The translations under genes were made by a program, and so were the position numbers. From Chloroflexota bacterium (lineage in GTDB: Bacteria > Chloroflexota > Dehalococcoidia > UBA2979), in contig JAQCIU010000006.1 in the NCBI GenBank assembly GCA_027593235.1, forward strand, positions 32,001-96,000: 64,000 nt of DNA, read 5' to 3'. Below the pieces are notes generated by a model that was not told the origin of the DNA, ran no database searches, and worked only from the letters and a program-made list of their open reading frames with translations. Of this stretch, positions 60,384 through 64,000 are shown one piece after another. The number at the start of each line of letters is the position of its first letter. Positions within the stretch are counted from its first letter, which is position 1.

Positions 60384-60869
60384 TTATCGTACACGCTCTT
60401 CCACCAGTGCCACCGCCATCGCGGCGATCGCGCGGCCCTCGCCAATCATGCCCATGCCCTCGTTCGTCGTCGCCTTCACGTTCACCCGATCGATGCCCAG
60501 GCTCAGCACCCCCGCCAGCGCCTCCCGCATCGCCTGGATGTGCGGCGCCAGCCGTGGACGTTCCGCGATCACCGTCACGTCCACGTTCACCACGCTGATC
60601 TGCCGCGAAGACAGCAGCCGCGCCACCCGCGTCAGCAACTCGCGGCTATCGATGCCCGCCGTCTCCGGCTCCCCCGGCGGGAAGTGCTGCCCGATGTCCC
60701 CCTCCCCGGCAGCGCCGAGGAGTGCGTCAATCACCGCGTGAATCAGCGAATCCCCGTCCGAGTGCCCCTTGAGCTGCGGCGTACCCGCGATCTCGATCCC
60801 ACCCAGCCGCAGTTGGCCGCTCTCGTCCTCCCGGAACGGGTGGATGTCATACCCGAAGCCGACCCGCAT
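60384..60869 (-). CDS. ispF: 2-C-methyl-D-erythritol 2,4-cyclodiphosphate synthase
   Basis: MRVGFGYDIH, GHSDGD..IHAVIDALLGAAG.GDIGQHFP, VNVKATTNE. Confidence 0.97.
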   Translation of the reverse strand: MRVGFGYDIHPFREDESGQLRLGGIEIAGTPQLKGHSDGDSLIHAVIDALLGAAGEGDIGQHFPPGEPETAGIDSRELLTRVARLLSSRQISVVNVDVTVIAERPRLAPHIQAMREALAGVLSLGIDRVNVKATTNEGMGMIGEGRAIAAMAVALVEERVR

Positions 60870-61555
60870 TAGCCGTCTCCTCTCACCCGGGCAGCCAGCA
60901 ACGCGCGCGCAAGCGCCAGATCGAACGGCCCGGTCACCTTGAAGTTGGCGGGGTCGCCGTCCACCACCATCACCGTGCCGCCGTCCGCCTCGATCATCGC
61001 CGCGTCGTCCGTCACATCCGCCTGCGCCATCGCGTGCGCCGCGCGCAGCCGGCCCGCGTTGAACCCCTGTGGCGTCTGCGCCGCGCGCACCGTGCTGCGA
61101 TCGATCGTCGCCAGCACCCGCCCGTCCTCGTCGATGCGCTTCAGCGTGTCCACGACCGGCACCACCGGTACCGCTGCCCCATGTTCGCGCGCCGCCTCAA
61201 GCACCCGCGCGCACAACTCCGGCGTCACCAGTGGGCGCGCCCCGTCGTGCACCAGCACCCAGTTCGCCTCCTGCGCCGCAGCCAGGCCCGCCGCCACCGA
61301 GTCCTGGCGACGCGTCCCGCCGGCCACGCACCGCACCTCCAGCCCCTCGCGCTCCGGAACCAGGCTCGCCAGCCGCTCGTGCAGCACCAGCGGTGCAACG
61401 ATCACCAGCACATCCAGCTCCGGCAGATCGGCCACACCCCGCAGCGCGCGCTCGATCACCGACGCCCCGTCCAGATCCGCCCAGAGCTTGTCCTGCCCAC
61501 CCATCCGGGTCGAACGCCCCGCCGCCAGTACGATCGCCGCAACGATGTCGCTCAT
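60869..61555 (-). CDS. ispD: 2-C-methyl-D-erythritol 4-phosphate cytidylyltransferase
   Basis: LAAGRSTRMG, GGTRRQDSV, VHDGARP, AQTPQGF, TDDA, NFKVT. Confidence 0.97.
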   Translation of the reverse strand: MSDIVAAIVLAAGRSTRMGGQDKLWADLDGASVIERALRGVADLPELDVLVIVAPLVLHERLASLVPEREGLEVRCVAGGTRRQDSVAAGLAAAQEANWVLVHDGARPLVTPELCARVLEAAREHGAAVPVVPVVDTLKRIDEDGRVLATIDRSTVRAAQTPQGFNAGRLRAAHAMAQADVTDDAAMIEADGGTVMVVDGDPANFKVTGPFDLALARALLAARVRGDG

Positions 61556-61771
61556 CCACCGATTCTACGGTTGACCGCCCGGACCGTCTGACTGTCGCGA
61601 TCGCTTCCCCCGCCCATCGCTCGAGGGCCGGCCCCCGCCCGCACAAAGGCTCGCGTCTTGTCCGCGCCTCCGCCGCGCCTCTACCCTCGAACCTGCCCTC
61701 GCGGCCTTGCCCGCGGGCGAACCAGGCGGATCGGCGCGCACGCGCCTCCGCGAACCATCGGAGCCCCGGCG

Positions 61772-63907
61772 ATGACAAGCCTCTACGAGTCGCTGATCTC
61801 CCGGGTCGAACGCCCCGCCCGCTACGCCGGCGGCGAACTCAACTCGATCGTCAAGGACTGGGACCAGCACGACCTCCGCGTCGCGCTCGCCTACCCCGAC
61901 CTCTACGACCTCGGCATGTCCAACCTCGGCCTGATGATCCTCTACGACATCATCAACCGCCGCGACGACGCCCTCGCCGAACGCGCCTTCAGCCCGTGGA
62001 CCGATTTCGAGGAGCTGCTGCGCCAGCACGAGGAGCCACTCCGCTCGCTCGAGACGAAGCACGCGCTGCGCGACTTCGATGTCCTCGGCATCACGCTCCA
62101 GTACGAGGCCTGCTACTCCAACGTCCTCAACATGCTCGACCTCGGTGGCATCGCGATCCGCACCGCGGACCGCGCCGACGACGAGACGATCGTCATCGCC
62201 GGCGGATCGGGCGCGCTCGAGCCCGAGCCGCTCGCGCCGTTCATCGACGCGTTCGCCCTCGGCGAGGGCGAAGAGGTGATCCGCGATATCTGCGACGCGA
62301 TCGCGGAGTGGAAGCGGAACGGCGGCGGCCCGCGCGCCGACCTGCACCGCCGCCTCGCGCGCATCGAGGGCGTCTACGTACCCTCGCTCTACACCGTCAG
62401 CTACAAGGACGACGGCACGATCGACAAGATCGAGCCGATCGACGACGCCGCTCCCGGCCGCGTCACCCGCCGCGTCGTGCAGGTCCTCGAGCCAACGTTG
62501 ACCAAGCCAATCGTCCCCTACATGGAGGTCGTCCACGACCGCGCCACGATCGAGATCCAGCGCGGCTGCACCCAGGGCTGCCGCTTCTGCCAGGCCGGGA
62601 TGATCTACCGCCCCAGCCGCGAACGCACCGTCGAGGAAGTCGTGACCGCGGCCGGCGAATTGCTCGCCAACACCGGGTACGACGAGCTGTCGTTGATGTC
62701 GCTCTCGACCACCGACCACTCCGAGATCGCGCCGATGGTCCACGCGCTCATCGACGCCTACGGCGACCGCGGGCTGAAGATCAGCATCCCCTCCACCCGC
62801 GTCGACTCCTTCTCCGTCGAGATTGCGGAAGCCGTCGCGCGCGGCAAGAAGCACACCCTCACCCTCGCCCCCGAGGCGGGCTCGCAGCGCCTCCGCAACA
62901 CCATCAGCAAACTCGTCTCCGAGGCCGACATCCTCACCGCCGTCGAGAACGCCTTCGCCGGCGGTTGGACCTCGATCAAGATGTACTTCATGGTCGGCCA
63001 GCCCACCGAGACCGATCACGACGTCGAGGAGATCGTGCGGCTCGCCGCCGAGGTGAAGCGCATCGGTCGCAAGCACGTTGGCAAGCGAGCCCGCGTGCGC
63101 GTCTCCACCAGCAACTTCATCCCCAAGGCGCACACGCCGTATCAGTGGGTCGCCCAGTGCGACTCCGAAACGCTCCGCCGTCGCCACCAGATCCTCCGCG
63201 GCGGCTGCCGCGAACTCGGGGTCCAGTTCACATGGGAAGACCCGGAAAAGTCCCTGCTCGAAGCGGTGCTCTCGAGGGGCGACCGCCGCGTGGCCGACGT
63301 CGTCGAGGCCGCCTGGCGCAAGGGCGCGCGGTTCGACGCGTGGTCGGAGCACCACGACTGGTCGCTGTGGAACGAGGCCTTCGAGGAGTGCGGCGTCGAT
63401 CCCGCCTTCCACGCCTACCGCGCCCGCGAACTCTGGGAGACGCTCCCCTGGTCGCAGATCCACGGCGGCACCGAAGCCAGCTACCTCCGCGGCGAGTGGC
63501 TCAAGACCCTCGAGCAAGAGATCACGCTCGACTGCAAACGCGACCCCTGCAACGTCTGCGGCATGCAGAACTTCGACGCCGACTGCAAGGTCAAAATCGC
63601 CGACCTCGTCCAGATGAAGGTCGACGACAACCCGGTCCAGAAGGAACGCCTGATGCAGGAGCGCGAGCGCCTGCTGGTCGCCCTCAACCCGGTCGAGGCC
63701 GGCATCCAGATCAACCCGCGCCCGATGGCCGCCGGCCTTTCGCCGCGCCTGATGCCCGTCAAGACCGCCGGCGACCAGCCGGGCCTCCCCACCTCGGGAG
63801 GCCGAAACGATGCCGGGGCACTCGCCCGGCAAGACGGTCCCGGTACGAATCGGACAGCCCTGAAGCTTGGGCTGTCCCACCTGCCCTCGATGGGAGCCGC
63901 CCGGTGA
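61772..63907 (+). CDS. B12-binding-domain radical SAM protein (TIGR03960-like)
   Basis: PARYAGGELN, YPDLYDLGMSNLG, EIQRGCTQGCRFCQAG, APEAGSQRLR, KMYFMVGQP, FDAWSE, C-terminal DC...C..CG. Confidence 0.9.
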   Translation: MTSLYESLISRVERPARYAGGELNSIVKDWDQHDLRVALAYPDLYDLGMSNLGLMILYDIINRRDDALAERAFSPWTDFEELLRQHEEPLRSLETKHALRDFDVLGITLQYEACYSNVLNMLDLGGIAIRTADRADDETIVIAGGSGALEPEPLAPFIDAFALGEGEEVIRDICDAIAEWKRNGGGPRADLHRRLARIEGVYVPSLYTVSYKDDGTIDKIEPIDDAAPGRVTRRVVQVLEPTLTKPIVPYMEVVHDRATIEIQRGCTQGCRFCQAGMIYRPSRERTVEEVVTAAGELLANTGYDELSLMSLSTTDHSEIAPMVHALIDAYGDRGLKISIPSTRVDSFSVEIAEAVARGKKHTLTLAPEAGSQRLRNTISKLVSEADILTAVENAFAGGWTSIKMYFMVGQPTETDHDVEEIVRLAAEVKRIGRKHVGKRARVRVSTSNFIPKAHTPYQWVAQCDSETLRRRHQILRGGCRELGVQFTWEDPEKSLLEAVLSRGDRRVADVVEAAWRKGARFDAWSEHHDWSLWNEAFEECGVDPAFHAYRARELWETLPWSQIHGGTEASYLRGEWLKTLEQEITLDCKRDPCNVCGMQNFDADCKVKIADLVQMKVDDNPVQKERLMQERERLLVALNPVEAGIQINPRPMAAGLSPRLMPVKTAGDQPGLPTSGGRNDAGALARQDGPGTNRTALKLGLSHLPSMGAAR

Positions 63908-64000
63908 ATCTCATCCTCGCGCTCATCCCAATCGTGCTCCTCGCGGTCGCCTTCTCGTTCTATTGCCTGAACATCCTCAGGCACGAAGGTTCCGCCAACC
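63904..64000 (+). CDS. Partial small membrane protein (possibly PLDc N-terminal-like), truncated by the window end
   Basis: GTGA overlap with the radical SAM stop; reads VNLILALIPIVLLAVAFSFYCLNILRHEGSAN... and stays open to the edge. Confidence 0.5.
   Translation, partial: MNLILALIPIVLLAVAFSFYCLNILRHEGSAN

Overview
High-GC bacterial core-genome window. Gene content and order (pyrG-fsa-rho; CIRCE-hrcA-grpE-dnaK-dnaJ-prmA; pdxST; ispDF-cysS; tRNAs-tuf-rpmG-secE-nusG-rplKAJL with no rpoB following) suggest Chloroflexota, probably Dehalococcoidia-like (inference). It holds about 60 CDS, three tRNAs, a perfect CIRCE, an L10 leader with terminator, and two convergent MoxR/DUF58 modules. I see no transposase, integrase, phage gene or CRISPR array. 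The best candidate for an unannotated system is a 25-codon Cys-rich leader peptide (...GRCCCTCT*) between ispF and cysS. Its Cys codons base-pair with downstream leader RNA, which points to a ribosome-mediated cysteine attenuator rather than a T-box. Other notable items: a fabH / Cys-to-Ser ketosynthase / degenerate-MBL cluster, a transglutaminase-like protein lacking its whole catalytic triad, a G13 tract inside a Bat-type gene, a probable ATT start and a WalR-like direct repeat on a LysM-M23 gene, several probable leaderless genes, and two small ORFs missing from the ORF track (rpmG and a 54-aa membrane protein). All calls come from reading motifs by eye; no searches were run.
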